A stretch of DNA of 64,000 nucleotides from Pyrinomonadaceae bacterium (GTDB taxonomy: Bacteria; Acidobacteriota; Blastocatellia; Pyrinomonadales; Pyrinomonadaceae): the NCBI GenBank assembly GCA_039916585.1, contig JBDSLC010000193.1:20111-84110 (forward strand). Direction: 5' to 3'. The notes below the pieces were generated by a model. It was not told the origin of the DNA, searched no databases, and saw only the letters and a list, made by a program, of their open reading frames with translations. Positions 54,974 to 64,000 of this stretch are shown one piece after another. The number at the start of each line of letters is the position of its first letter. The stretch's first letter is position 1. A program made the position numbers and the translations under genes.

Positions 54974-56560
54974 ATGTCGTCACTAAGACTCACAACTTCA
55001 ATGCAGCAAAAGATGATCCTGACGCCACAATTGCGTCAGCGGATCGAGATGCTGCAAATGACGTCTTTGGAGCTTCAAGATCTGATAGAGCAGGAAATGG
55101 TCGCGAATCCGATCCTCGAGGAGGTCCAGCCGGGCGAGGAAGTTAACGAGATATCCGACAATATTCTCGACCAGAATTCGAGCGGTTCCGAAGACTCGTT
55201 CGATGGCGGGGGAACAGGTTCGGAGTTGACGACGATCGACCAGTTCAGCGGAAAGCAAGATGATGGATTTGAGACGCTCCGGGCCGAGGCGACGTCCGAA
55301 AACGGGGCTGGCGAGTTTGAACAGAGTGCGGAGTTTGAAGCGTCTGAAGATCATCAACCGGATACGGCGGACGCGTTTGAAGAGATCGATTACGGGCGGG
55401 AATTTCAGGAGTATCTCGACCCGGGATACAAAACCCAGGAGATCGAGTACAAGGAAGACGCTCCAAGCTTTGAACAGTTTCTGACTGAAAAGCCGTCGCT
55501 CATTGATCACCTTGAGTGGCAGTTGAGCATGGTCGCGATGTCGGATTCATTGGAGCGTGCGGCTTCGAGCGTTATCGGGAATTTGGATGGCGACGGCAGG
55601 CTGACGACGGATCTCGAGACGATCGCGGAGCTTGCTGCTTGTTCCGTAGGAAAAGCAGAAGAGGCGCGGCAACTCGTGTTAACGCTTGAGCCGGTCGGTT
55701 GCGGAGCTCTCGATGTCCGAGATTGTCTTGTCGCTCAGCTTGTCTCGGTGGGCGAGGGTGAGAGCCTTGCTGCCAGACTGGTGAAGGATCATCTGGAAGA
55801 TCTTCAGCCGCATCGTTTACAGCACCTCGCGAAGGCAACTGGTATCGATCTTCACGAACTAAACGAAGAGATCAACAAGGTCCGCGTACTCGATCCCTTT
55901 CCTGGCCGGAGATATTCGTCCGAGGACGCGGTGTTCGTTGCTCCCGAGGTGTACATCGAAAAGCTGGACGACGAGTATGTGATCTACTTCACCGACGACG
56001 GCAGTCCGCGTTTGCGGATAAGTTCGACCTATCAACAGATTCTCGATCAAGGAGACACAAGCCGCGAGACAAAGGACTTTATTAAAGAAAAGATGCGTGG
56101 GGCTGTTGATCTGCTTCGGAATATCGAGCATCGACGGCAGACGATCTACCGAGTTGTTGAGTGTATCGTGCGGCGTCAGACAGATTTTCTGGATAAAGGT
56201 GTCGAGTTTATCAAGCCTATGATGCTCAAGGATGTCGCTGAGGACATCGGGATGCATCTGTCTACCATCTCCCGCGTTGTTAATCGGAAATATGCCCATA
56301 CGCCGCAGGGTGTCATCGAGCTTCGCCGATTCTTTAGCGAAGGGATGATGAATGAGGAAGGCGAAGAGGTTTCTACTCGCATCTTGAAACTCAGGATCAA
56401 GAAGATGGTCGAGGAAGAGAATACGAAGAAGCCGATGACTGACGACCAGATCGCAAAGATCCTAAGCAAAGAAGGTGTAAAGCTATCGAGGCGAACGGTC
56501 GCGAAGTACCGCGATCAAATGAATATACCGGGCTCACGCGAGCGGAAGACGGTTATTTGA
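54974..56560 (+). CDS. rpoN: RNA polymerase sigma-54 factor
   Basis: The Gln/Leu-rich region I (MQQKMILTPQLRQRIEMLQMT), an acidic region II and the RpoN box (ARRTVAKYR-like: SRRTVAKYRDQMNIP) are present. Confidence 0.96.
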   Translation: MSSLRLTTSMQQKMILTPQLRQRIEMLQMTSLELQDLIEQEMVANPILEEVQPGEEVNEISDNILDQNSSGSEDSFDGGGTGSELTTIDQFSGKQDDGFETLRAEATSENGAGEFEQSAEFEASEDHQPDTADAFEEIDYGREFQEYLDPGYKTQEIEYKEDAPSFEQFLTEKPSLIDHLEWQLSMVAMSDSLERAASSVIGNLDGDGRLTTDLETIAELAACSVGKAEEARQLVLTLEPVGCGALDVRDCLVAQLVSVGEGESLAARLVKDHLEDLQPHRLQHLAKATGIDLHELNEEINKVRVLDPFPGRRYSSEDAVFVAPEVYIEKLDDEYVIYFTDDGSPRLRISSTYQQILDQGDTSRETKDFIKEKMRGAVDLLRNIEHRRQTIYRVVECIVRRQTDFLDKGVEFIKPMMLKDVAEDIGMHLSTISRVVNRKYAHTPQGVIELRRFFSEGMMNEEGEEVSTRILKLRIKKMVEEENTKKPMTDDQIAKILSKEGVKLSRRTVAKYRDQMNIPGSRERKTVI

Positions 56561-56607
56561 TTGACTGCAGCCTATATAAAAGGCCGTAGAACTGGAGAGG
56601 TAATCTC

Positions 56608-57138
56608 ATGAAATTCGAATACACAGGGAGACACATCGAAGTAACCCCGGCGCTCAAGTCGCATGTCGAGGAACACTTTAAACGCATCGATCATCTTTTC
56701 GATGGGCGACCGTCGAAGGCCCACGTGATAATCGAAGTCGAACGCGGCCGGCATCGGTCGGAGATCATTCTTACTTGGCGGAAAGAAGTTCTGAACGCTA
56801 CAACGACTAACTCGGATATGTATAAGTCGCTAGCCGAGACCGTCGCAAAGCTCGAAAAGCAGGCTTTGAAGATCAAGAGCAAGATCACCGACAAGAATCA
56901 TAAGAAAGATAAGACGGCGGTCGCGATCGCACCGGTAGATGAGACACCTGCCGCACCGCAAAGAGGACGCATTATTAATGCACGCCGATACGCGGTAAAG
57001 CCGATTTCTGACGAGGAGGCTGTGATGATGCTGGATGACGGCGCCGATAGTTTTCTCGTGTTTCGTAATTCGGCGAATCAGCGGGTTTCGGTCATTTACA
57101 AACGCAAGGACGGAAATTACGGGCTTATCCAGCCTTAA
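56608..57138 (+). CDS. hpf: Ribosome hibernation-promoting factor, long form
   Basis: An S30AE/YfiA N-terminal domain (MKFEYTGRHIEVTPALKSHVEEHF) and a C-terminal dimerisation domain (FLVFRNSANQRVSVIYKRKDGNYGLIQP) are present. Confidence 0.92.
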   Translation: MKFEYTGRHIEVTPALKSHVEEHFKRIDHLFDGRPSKAHVIIEVERGRHRSEIILTWRKEVLNATTTNSDMYKSLAETVAKLEKQALKIKSKITDKNHKKDKTAVAIAPVDETPAAPQRGRIINARRYAVKPISDEEAVMMLDDGADSFLVFRNSANQRVSVIYKRKDGNYGLIQP

Positions 57139-57141
57139 CGA

Positions 57142-58104
57142 ATGGCACAATCCAGCGAATCAGGAGTCCGCTCGATCTCGGTCAGCGAGTTCCTGGATGC
57201 CGTCTCCGATCGACATCCGGTCCGTTCGCTTTCTTCTGTAGAGGTCCTCTCGAATCATTTCCTTACCTCGTCACGGGTCCAAAAGCTTGGGCTCGCGCTT
57301 TCGGGCTTTGCCGATAAGATCCACCGCGGCCGGATCCAGATCTACGGCAATAGCGAGCGATCATACATATCCCGACTCTCCGTTACGGAGATCGTTGAGG
57401 CATACAAGCGGCTTGATAAAGAAAATATTAGCTGCATCCTGGTTACCGCCAACGCCGAGCCGACCGAAGATCTTACAAGATTTGCGGCTGAGAACCGTAT
57501 CCCGGTACTTGCGACGACGACACCTAGTTCCGACGCGATCGCAGCCGTTTCGGCGGTACTTTCGGATCGTCTCGCACCTGAGATCACACTGCATGCCACG
57601 TTGATGGAAGTCTACGGAATTGGCGTGCTGATCGTGGGAGATTCTGGAATCGGGAAATCTGAGTGTGCGCTGGATTTAATAACCCGTGGTCATCGCCTGA
57701 TCGCAGACGATTCGGTGCGGATCCGGGAGATCGGAAATAAACTGATCGGTGAAGCACCCGAGAGTATTAGGGATTTTATCGAGATCCGTGGATTAGGGAT
57801 CATCAACGCAAGAGATCTCTTTGGCGTGTCCGCGCTCGGGCGTTCGACAGAAATACGATTCTGCATCGAATTTTCAGAGCTGACGTCTTCGTCCGCTGAT
57901 CGGTTAGGACTGGAGCCGAATATGCTTAGCGTTCTCGATACGGAAATTCAAAAGTATCCGTTACCGGTGATGCCCGGGAGAAATCTTTCAACACTCGTTG
58001 AAGCGTCGGTGCGAGTTTTTGTTTCGTCGAAAGACGGGCCAAACGCGGTCACGAACTTGATATCAGGGCATACAAATGCCTTAGCGGCGGGGGAGAGCGA
58101 CTGA
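57142..58104 (+). CDS. hprK: HPr kinase/phosphorylase
   Basis: The Walker A motif GDSGIGKSE, the motif LIADD and IEIRGLGIIN match the HprK signature. Confidence 0.92.
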   Translation: MAQSSESGVRSISVSEFLDAVSDRHPVRSLSSVEVLSNHFLTSSRVQKLGLALSGFADKIHRGRIQIYGNSERSYISRLSVTEIVEAYKRLDKENISCILVTANAEPTEDLTRFAAENRIPVLATTTPSSDAIAAVSAVLSDRLAPEITLHATLMEVYGIGVLIVGDSGIGKSECALDLITRGHRLIADDSVRIREIGNKLIGEAPESIRDFIEIRGLGIINARDLFGVSALGRSTEIRFCIEFSELTSSSADRLGLEPNMLSVLDTEIQKYPLPVMPGRNLSTLVEASVRVFVSSKDGPNAVTNLISGHTNALAAGESD

Positions 58105-58111
58105 ATATAAG

Positions 58112-59011
58112 ATGGCTCGAAGAAAGGAGGCCGAAACCACGTCATTAAATCCGTTCGTTGTAATTACGGGCCTGTCCGGGTCCGGGATGAGTTCGGCGAC
58201 CAATGCTTTTGAGGATGTCGGATATTTTTGCGTGGATAATCTGCCGCTTACGATGTTGTCGACGTTTGCAAGATTGCTAGTTCCGAATTCCGAAGGTTCC
58301 GCTGCGATCGAGAAAGCGGCATTGGTCATTAATATTCGCGAACGGCATTTCTTGCCCGACTTTCAAAAGGAACTCGACAAGCTTGGCAAGAAAAACCGAA
58401 GGCCATTTGTTATCTTCTTTGAAGCGTCGGATGATGTTCTGCGTCGACGCTTTTCGGAAACGAGGCGGCCGCACGCTGCGGACACCGGTAAAGGGTTGCT
58501 GGCGGCCATTCGATCAGAACGAAAGGCTATGTTGCCAGTCCGAAAGATGGCAGACCTGATAGTTGATACGTCCGACCTGACCGTTCACTCGCTGCGGCGA
58601 CTGCTTCTTGAGAAATTCAGCTCGACAGGAGATGGAACTCCCTTCAGAGTCCAGCTGGTCAGTTTCGGCCATAAGTACGGCAATCCGCGTGATCTGGATC
58701 TTCTTTTCGACGTGCGGCACCTTCCGAATCCGTATTTCGACCGCGACCTAAAGCATTTGACCGGCGAGGACCGAAAGATAGTTGCCTTTCTGCGAAAGTA
58801 TCCTGAGGTGATCGAAACTGTCGGACGGTTCGAAAGTTTGCTCGAGTATCTTTTGCCGTTCTACAAGAAGGAAGGGAAGTCGTACCTATCGATTGGTGTA
58901 GGATGCACGGGCGGAAAGCATCGTTCCGTTATGGTCTCAAATGAGCTTAGAAAAGCTCTGAAGCGGCGAGGGTATGACGTTTCAGTCAACCATCGCGATA
59001 TGCAAAAATAG
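58112..59011 (+). CDS. rapZ: RNase adapter / nucleotide-binding protein RapZ (YhbJ)
   Basis: The motifs ITGLSGSGMSSA, DNLP and GCTGGKHRSV are present. Confidence 0.92.
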   Translation: MARRKEAETTSLNPFVVITGLSGSGMSSATNAFEDVGYFCVDNLPLTMLSTFARLLVPNSEGSAAIEKAALVINIRERHFLPDFQKELDKLGKKNRRPFVIFFEASDDVLRRRFSETRRPHAADTGKGLLAAIRSERKAMLPVRKMADLIVDTSDLTVHSLRRLLLEKFSSTGDGTPFRVQLVSFGHKYGNPRDLDLLFDVRHLPNPYFDRDLKHLTGEDRKIVAFLRKYPEVIETVGRFESLLEYLLPFYKKEGKSYLSIGVGCTGGKHRSVMVSNELRKALKRRGYDVSVNHRDMQK

Positions 59012-59015
59012 TCAG

Positions 59016-59441
59016 ATGAAAAAGATCGGCGGCGTCATTGTTTCACACGGTCAGCTAGCAAACGAACTGCTTTCGGCTGCCGAGACGGTTGTAGGGGATA
59101 TAAGCCACGTGACCGCCGTTTCGATCGGGTGGCATGACGATGTCGAGATGGCTCAGGACCAGGTCCGACGAGCGATCTCATCGGTGTCGGATGGTACCGG
59201 GGTGCTAGTTATGACCGATATGTTCGGCGGCACGCCGACCAATATTGCCGCCATGTTCCTAAAGGACGGTGAGGTCGAGATCGTAACGGGAGTTAATCTT
59301 CCAATGGTCATCAAACTAGCCTCCAATAATAAAGAGCTGAGTCTTTCTGAGTTGGCTCGCGAGGTAGAGTCGCAGGGTAAGCAGTCAATATATCGAACCG
59401 GAGCCCTGTTGGAGCCGCAGAAAGCGAAAAAGGATGCGTGA
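59016..59441 (+). CDS. PTS EIIA component, mannose/fructose family
   Basis: The ATG at 59016 gives MKKIGGVIVSHGQLANELL, which contains the active-site His loop of EIIA-Man. The motif TDMFGGTP is also present. Confidence 0.85.
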   Translation: MKKIGGVIVSHGQLANELLSAAETVVGDISHVTAVSIGWHDDVEMAQDQVRRAISSVSDGTGVLVMTDMFGGTPTNIAAMFLKDGEVEIVTGVNLPMVIKLASNNKELSLSELAREVESQGKQSIYRTGALLEPQKAKKDA

Positions 59442-59709
59442 AGCCAGGATACTAGTTGTCAACCGACTGGGGCTCCATGCTCGAGCAGCGGCTCAGTTGG
59501 TCCGGTTGGCAGCAAAATTCAAAAGCCGCGTAACGATATTTCGTGCGGACCGAAACGTGTTCGCGAACGCGAAATCGATCCTGAGCGTGCTTGCCCTCGC
59601 GGCAAGTAAGGGAACGGAGTTGGCGATCAAAGTTGACGGGGATGACGAGGATTCGGCGCTCGCGGAGATCGAGAGTTTATTCGCCAATGGCTTTGGTGAA
59701 AGCCTTTAA
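59434..59709 (+). CDS. ptsH: Phosphocarrier protein HPr
   Basis: GLHARAA (His15 region) and AKSILSVLAL (Ser46 region, the HprK target) are present. The gene overlaps the EIIA stop by 8 nt. Confidence 0.9.
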   Translation: MREARILVVNRLGLHARAAAQLVRLAAKFKSRVTIFRADRNVFANAKSILSVLALAASKGTELAIKVDGDDEDSALAEIESLFANGFGESL

Positions 59710-59718
59710 AGTTATCGA

Positions 59719-60663
59719 ATGAATAATGATGTGAACAAAGGCACGATCGGGATTCTAGGGATACCGCTCGGATTCGGAGCCGGCCAAACGGGAAGTGAAC
59801 TCGGCGTTGAGGCGATGCGGCTTTCACAAATACGCGGCGAAACGCTGGCTCAACATATCTCCGCACTGGGATTCCTGGTGAATGATCACGGAAACGCGGA
59901 AATTGTGCGACCCGTTCGCAGCGCGAACGGTGAAAAGGCTCGATACCTTCCCGAAATGGTAGCGTCGAGCCATAACTTGTTCGCATCAGTTTCGGAGATC
60001 TTGGCTGCCGGAGAAACTCCGTTGTTGTTGGGGGGCGATCATTCGGTGGCGATCGGGACCTTCTCGGCGGTTTCGAGCCATTTTCGTGAACGAGACCAAG
60101 AGGTGGGGCTAATATGGTTTGACGCTCATGCCGATATCAATACGCCGGAAACATCGTCGTCCGGCAACATTCACGGAATGCCGCTCGCGATACTTCTTGG
60201 TGAGGGACCAGAGGAGTTGGTGGAGCTTGGCGGATTCTCTCCGAAGTTAAACAAGCAATATTTCGCCCACGTCGGTGCCCGGGACCTTGATGCGGGAGAG
60301 CGGAACCGTATACGTTCCCACGACCTTCGCGATCAATTCTTTACGATGAGCGATATCGACAAGCGCGGAATGCTGGCATGCGTTACCGATGCGATCGCGA
60401 TCGCTTCAAAGGCTCCTGGCGGGTTTGCGGTTACGTTCGATGTCGACTGCATCGATCCGCGATTTGCCCCAGGTTCGGGAACACTCGTGCGTGGCGGGGC
60501 CACATATCGCGAGGCACACCTCGCACTCGAGGTCATCGCCGAACACGGCGGCTTGCGTTCGTTCGAGATAGTCGAGGTAAATCCCATGCTCGATCAGAGC
60601 AATATCACTGTCGAACTTGCCGTTGAACTCGTGCTTTCCGCTCTGGGAAAGACGATCATTTAA
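59719..60663 (+). CDS. Arginase/ureohydrolase-family enzyme (arginase or formimidoylglutamase)
   Basis: The Mn-binding motifs GGDHSVAIG, DAHADINT and FDVDCIDP are present. Confidence 0.88.
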   Translation: MNNDVNKGTIGILGIPLGFGAGQTGSELGVEAMRLSQIRGETLAQHISALGFLVNDHGNAEIVRPVRSANGEKARYLPEMVASSHNLFASVSEILAAGETPLLLGGDHSVAIGTFSAVSSHFRERDQEVGLIWFDAHADINTPETSSSGNIHGMPLAILLGEGPEELVELGGFSPKLNKQYFAHVGARDLDAGERNRIRSHDLRDQFFTMSDIDKRGMLACVTDAIAIASKAPGGFAVTFDVDCIDPRFAPGSGTLVRGGATYREAHLALEVIAEHGGLRSFEIVEVNPMLDQSNITVELAVELVLSALGKTII

Positions 60664-60678
60664 TTCGTTTAGACATCT

Positions 60679-61797
60679 ATGAGATCACGTATCGGAGTTA
60701 TTTTTGGGGGCCGTTCGGGCGAACACGACGTTTCCGTCAGGTCAGCGAAAGCTGTTATTGAGCACATCGATAAGTCGAAATATTCTGTGATCCCGATCGC
60801 GATCGATCACGCGGGGCACTGGCTTGATCCGCGAGTGTCTGCAGCACTTCTTCCTAGCGAGACGGCTGAGTTGGTCGCATCGGATGTCGCCGAAATGTCG
60901 AACGAAGCGGTAGCTTTGATCGGTGATCCTAAGTATCGCGGAATGATCGAGCTTAAGGATCATTCGCCGCTCGGGATCGACGTGGTTTTTCCGGTCCTTC
61001 ACGGCACATTCGGCGAGGATGGAACGATCCAGGGCCTCTTCGAGATGGCGGACGTTCCATATATCGGCTGTGGTGTTCTTGCGTCGTCGTGCGGCCTGGA
61101 CAAGGTTGTGATGAAGTCCTTGTTCAAAGAAGCGGGGCTGCCGATCTGCAAATATGACTGGTTTCTTCGGAGTGAATGGGAAGCGGACGAGGATGCGATC
61201 CTTGACCGGATCGAGAAATCGGTTGGATTTCCCAGTTTCGTGAAACCGGCAAATCTTGGTTCATCAGTTGGCATCTCGCGAGCAGAGACACGGCAGGAGC
61301 TTCGTAGCGGGATAGCGATGGCGGCGGAATACGATCGTCGAATCCTTGTCGAGGAAGGCCTCAGGATGCGAGAGATCGAATGCGCGATCCTGGGGAACGA
61401 TCAGCCGATCGCTAGCCAGCCGGGCGAGTACATCATTCGAAATAAGGAAAAGTCCTTCTTGGATTACACGGAGAAATACAATGGAACGGGGAACAATGAG
61501 TTTGTTGTGCCCGCACCAGTTTCAACGGAGCTTGCGGCGAAGATACAGGAGCTGGCAGTTCGAGCCTTTAAGGCGATCGACGGGGCGGGTCTTGCTCGAG
61601 TTGACTTCTTTCTGCGTACGGACAATGGCGCACTCCTTGTAAACGAGATCAACACGCTGCCGGGCCTAACAGACGCGTCTGGATATCCGAAAATGTGGGC
61701 GGGATCGGGAAGGCCTTTTCGAGTTGTCATTGACGAACTCATCTCTCTTGCGCTGGAGGGCCACGCAGACCGGAAGCGGAATAGAACGACCACGTGA
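60679..61797 (+). CDS. ddl: D-alanine--D-alanine ligase
   Basis: The N-terminus (IGVIFGGRSGEHDVS), an ATP-grasp region (FPSFVKPANLGSSVGIS) and VNEINTLPG are present. Confidence 0.95.
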   Translation: MRSRIGVIFGGRSGEHDVSVRSAKAVIEHIDKSKYSVIPIAIDHAGHWLDPRVSAALLPSETAELVASDVAEMSNEAVALIGDPKYRGMIELKDHSPLGIDVVFPVLHGTFGEDGTIQGLFEMADVPYIGCGVLASSCGLDKVVMKSLFKEAGLPICKYDWFLRSEWEADEDAILDRIEKSVGFPSFVKPANLGSSVGISRAETRQELRSGIAMAAEYDRRILVEEGLRMREIECAILGNDQPIASQPGEYIIRNKEKSFLDYTEKYNGTGNNEFVVPAPVSTELAAKIQELAVRAFKAIDGAGLARVDFFLRTDNGALLVNEINTLPGLTDASGYPKMWAGSGRPFRVVIDELISLALEGHADRKRNRTTT

Positions 61798-61801
61798 TCG
61801 A

Positions 61802-62740
61802 CTACTTTTCTTTTACGGCGTTATAGCCTTTACGCGTTCGGATACTGAGGTTCGGCTTGGCGACGCGGAGTTCGATCGCTCGCCATTTTCCGTCCCTCTT
61901 TGTATTCAATGGTGAATAGCCAAGCGTATACTGCACACCGAGGTCCTCGACAATCTTCTGAAATGCTTCGCGCATTGCCGCTCCGCCGGGAGTTGATACA
62001 AATGTTCCGCCACTCTTTTCTGCCAGATTCTTCAGCGCTCCCTGATTCTGTACTCGTTTCAAGTCGGTGGTCGGGGACATATCGATCGTGTAGATGAGAA
62101 TGTCCGCTGACATTGCCGCCTTGAGTGCTTTGTCGGCTGAATGGCTGCTTATCGTGTCCTGCCCATCGGAGAGTACGATTATGGCTCTTCGCCTTTCTTC
62201 ACGCTTTGAAAGATCAGCGGCTGCCTGGTAGATGGCATCGTTCATTTTCGTCATTCCATCCGCCTTGAGATCGAAAGCGGATTCGGCGATGTCGCGGCTA
62301 TTCGAGAATGGCTGAACTAGGGTTATCTTTGAATCGAAACGATAGATGGCTGCGGAATCTGACTCCCGAAGGCCGTCAAGAAATCGGATCGCGGCTGCAC
62401 GAGCCATGCTGACGCGTTCCTCCATGCTGCCCGACGTGTCGAGTAGGATGACGGCAGCAAAAGGCGTTTCCTCGGCAGAAAAATATTCGATCCTCTGTTC
62501 GACCCCGTCCTCAAATATCTTGAACTGATCCTTTCGCAACCCAGCGGCGTTGCGTCCCGTTGGATCCTTTACCGCAGCATTGACGATCACGATTGATGAA
62601 TCGACAGAGATCTCACCGTCATCCTGAGCCAAAACCGAAAGTGAAAGTGAAGATAGAACGATCAGGAGTGAAAATGCGCTAACGAGCGAACGAGCCGCGT
62701 TTGGAAGTGCAAATCTCGGAGAGGGGATGAAGCTTTTCAA
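61802..62740 (-). CDS. Secreted VWA-domain protein (VWFA-related acidobacterial domain type)
   Basis: A signal peptide, the MIDAS motif DTSGS, the motif SDGQDTIS and the C-terminal signature QYTLGYSPLNTKRDGKWRAIEL are present. Confidence 0.85.
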   Translation of the reverse strand: MKSFIPSPRFALPNAARSLVSAFSLLIVLSSLSLSVLAQDDGEISVDSSIVIVNAAVKDPTGRNAAGLRKDQFKIFEDGVEQRIEYFSAEETPFAAVILLDTSGSMEERVSMARAAAIRFLDGLRESDSAAIYRFDSKITLVQPFSNSRDIAESAFDLKADGMTKMNDAIYQAAADLSKREERRRAIIVLSDGQDTISSHSADKALKAAMSADILIYTIDMSPTTDLKRVQNQGALKNLAEKSGGTFVSTPGGAAMREAFQKIVEDLGVQYTLGYSPLNTKRDGKWRAIELRVAKPNLSIRTRKGYNAVKEK

Positions 62741-63276
62741 TTCTTGAGTCTTAGGAACCTCGCAAGTCTGATAAGCGTGTTTGAACTTTCGATAGCAAGT
62801 ACCGATACGCTGAAACGGGTCGAACGCTTTATTTCGGAAACGAGCTGCTCGGTTGACCGCTTGAGGAAAAGAAACCCTTCGCGAACATCTTTAGGCGAAT
62901 CAGTTTCCTTTTCGACGATCGAGGTTTCACCGTCGTCATCACCGCCGAGGTCATTGCGGATCTTGGAAACGATCTTTTCAAACTCTTCGAGCTTCTTGCG
63001 CTCTGTTTCTGAAAACTGCTCTTTCTTTTCAAAATATTCTTCCAACTCACTCGAAAGCCTAAGAGCCGCCTCTCCGCGTTCTACAAGTGCTTCGTACTCT
63101 TTTTTCTCGCGAGTCGATTGCTGTTTCGCGAGCATCTCCTTAACCATCTGACCTTCATCATCAACCTGCTTCTTGCGGTCCGGGAATGGCCACGGATCAT
63201 TGCTCGCCGTTTGTGCGGACATCGCAACGGCGGAAAGGGCAAGGATTATAACGGCCAGAAGAAATCTCACGATCAA
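62737..63276 (-). CDS. Hypothetical secreted coiled-coil protein (Glu/Lys-rich)
   Basis: The signal peptide is FLLAVIILALSAVAMSA/Q and the region is heptad-rich and charged. The gene overlaps both neighbours by 4 nt. Confidence 0.55.
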   Translation of the reverse strand: MIVRFLLAVIILALSAVAMSAQTASNDPWPFPDRKKQVDDEGQMVKEMLAKQQSTREKKEYEALVERGEAALRLSSELEEYFEKKEQFSETERKKLEEFEKIVSKIRNDLGGDDDGETSIVEKETDSPKDVREGFLFLKRSTEQLVSEIKRSTRFSVSVLAIESSNTLIRLARFLRLKN

Positions 63277-63899
63277 TTACTCTTTACTACGTCTTGTACC
63301 GGATCCAGGGACACCCCGGTTACTGTCTCTACGAGAACTTTCAAAAACTCATCTTCAGCAAGGCCCGAACTCTGAACAGTGCGCCATTCCGTCATAAGCC
63401 CAGCGCCCTCGCGTCCCTCCACCTTCGCGTTTACGGATACGTTGTTCTGCACCCCATCGATCGACTGAACCTCGATGATCAAAACATATCGCCCACGAGA
63501 CCAAGTGCGTTCGTATCCATCGAGAATTGCGTACCTGCTCAATTCACTCTGTGCGATCACTGCACCTTTGGTGAAAATGAACGGCTGTGTGACTACGATT
63601 CCGTCCCCGAGTCTCGAGGCGGCCTCATCGACAAGCATCTTCTGATCTTTGATCACCTGCTTGATCGTCTCTACCAACACGTCACGTCGCGAAGCCATCC
63701 GATAGGGATTAGCGATACGTGCACGAACGTTCGTCTTACCTTTCCCCCAATCGAAAGAACGCGTTGCGTCGGTCTCTCTTGTGGTTTTATTAACAGTTTC
63801 CTTTATCTTTTGCGTCTGCGTGTCAATTCCTTTTTGACCGGCGGCCGAAAGAGTAAGCCCGGAAAATAGAACTGCGTAGATGAAAATGTTGCGATTCAT
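63273..63899 (-). CDS. Hypothetical secreted protein (first gene of the VWA three-gene operon)
   Basis: The ATG at 63899 gives the signal peptide MNRNIFIYAVLFSGLTLSAAGQ. No recognisable motif was found. Confidence 0.5.
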   Translation of the reverse strand: MNRNIFIYAVLFSGLTLSAAGQKGIDTQTQKIKETVNKTTRETDATRSFDWGKGKTNVRARIANPYRMASRRDVLVETIKQVIKDQKMLVDEAASRLGDGIVVTQPFIFTKGAVIAQSELSRYAILDGYERTWSRGRYVLIIEVQSIDGVQNNVSVNAKVEGREGAGLMTEWRTVQSSGLAEDEFLKVLVETVTGVSLDPVQDVVKSN

Positions 63900-64000
63900 A
63901 CTGCCAATAGGATAGCACGCGGCGATACAGGAACTATCAATCGGGTAGGATGTATCGGCTTTGGACAAGGTTGCAAGCGGGAAATTAGTGAAAGTCTCCT

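Noticed and set aside
1-64000. A search for tRNA, rRNA, transposase, integrase, reverse transcriptase, toxin-antitoxin pairs and known defence-system genes.
   Set aside because: None could be supported. Intergenic regions showed no cloverleaf-like tRNA candidates, and no ORF carried DDE, tyrosine-recombinase or RT motifs. The only mobile-like signal is the repeat-flanked GxxExxY cassette, which is reported as a finding.

Overview
The window reads as a chromosomal segment from an Acidobacteriota-type genome. The phylum call is an inference from four secreted 'VWFA-related acidobacterial domain'-like paralogs, two giant Ser/Thr kinase-TPR proteins and a GxxExxY gene; no rRNA or tRNA is present to confirm it. 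Most of the window is housekeeping. Genes recognised include relA/spoT (3' part), ridA, rpmB, a SurA/PpiC-like lipoprotein, an ABC-F ATPase, guaB, rodZ, pilC, pilB, gnd, ftsY, ribD, rsmA, a TerC-family protein preceded by a yybP-ykoY (Mn2+) riboswitch, RNase J, uppP, recJ, arginase and ddl. There is also a conserved lptC/A-lptB-rpoN-hpf-hprK-rapZ-EIIA(Man)-ptsH cluster. The most unusual element is a compact five-gene bacterial-microcompartment-like locus at 8074-11629. Two BMC-H shell genes bracket an acylating aldehyde dehydrogenase with a long C-terminal extension. Also between them are a translationally coupled, signal-peptide-bearing VWA/MIDAS protein and a tail-anchored zinc-ribbon protein. 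No pentamer (EutN/CcmL) gene or other canonical metabolosome core enzyme is visible in the window. A 630-bp non-coding gap carrying two near-identical palindromes follows the locus. Other notable structure: (1) a hairpin-forming pyrimidine/purine-rich repeat family present as a ~150-bp tandem duplication (15262-15567) and as repeats flanking a GxxExxY PD-(D/E)XK gene wedged between pilC and pilB; (2) two adjacent paralogous giant kinases, each with an internally duplicated sensor+TPR module; (3) a near-consensus sigma-54 promoter upstream of a secreted Cys-cluster/CarboxypepD_reg protein; (4) an 873-aa LptC-LptA-like multi-jellyroll fusion. No CRISPR array, transposase, integrase, tRNA or rRNA was seen. 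All functional calls rest on by-eye motif recognition in the supplied translations, and no database search was possible.
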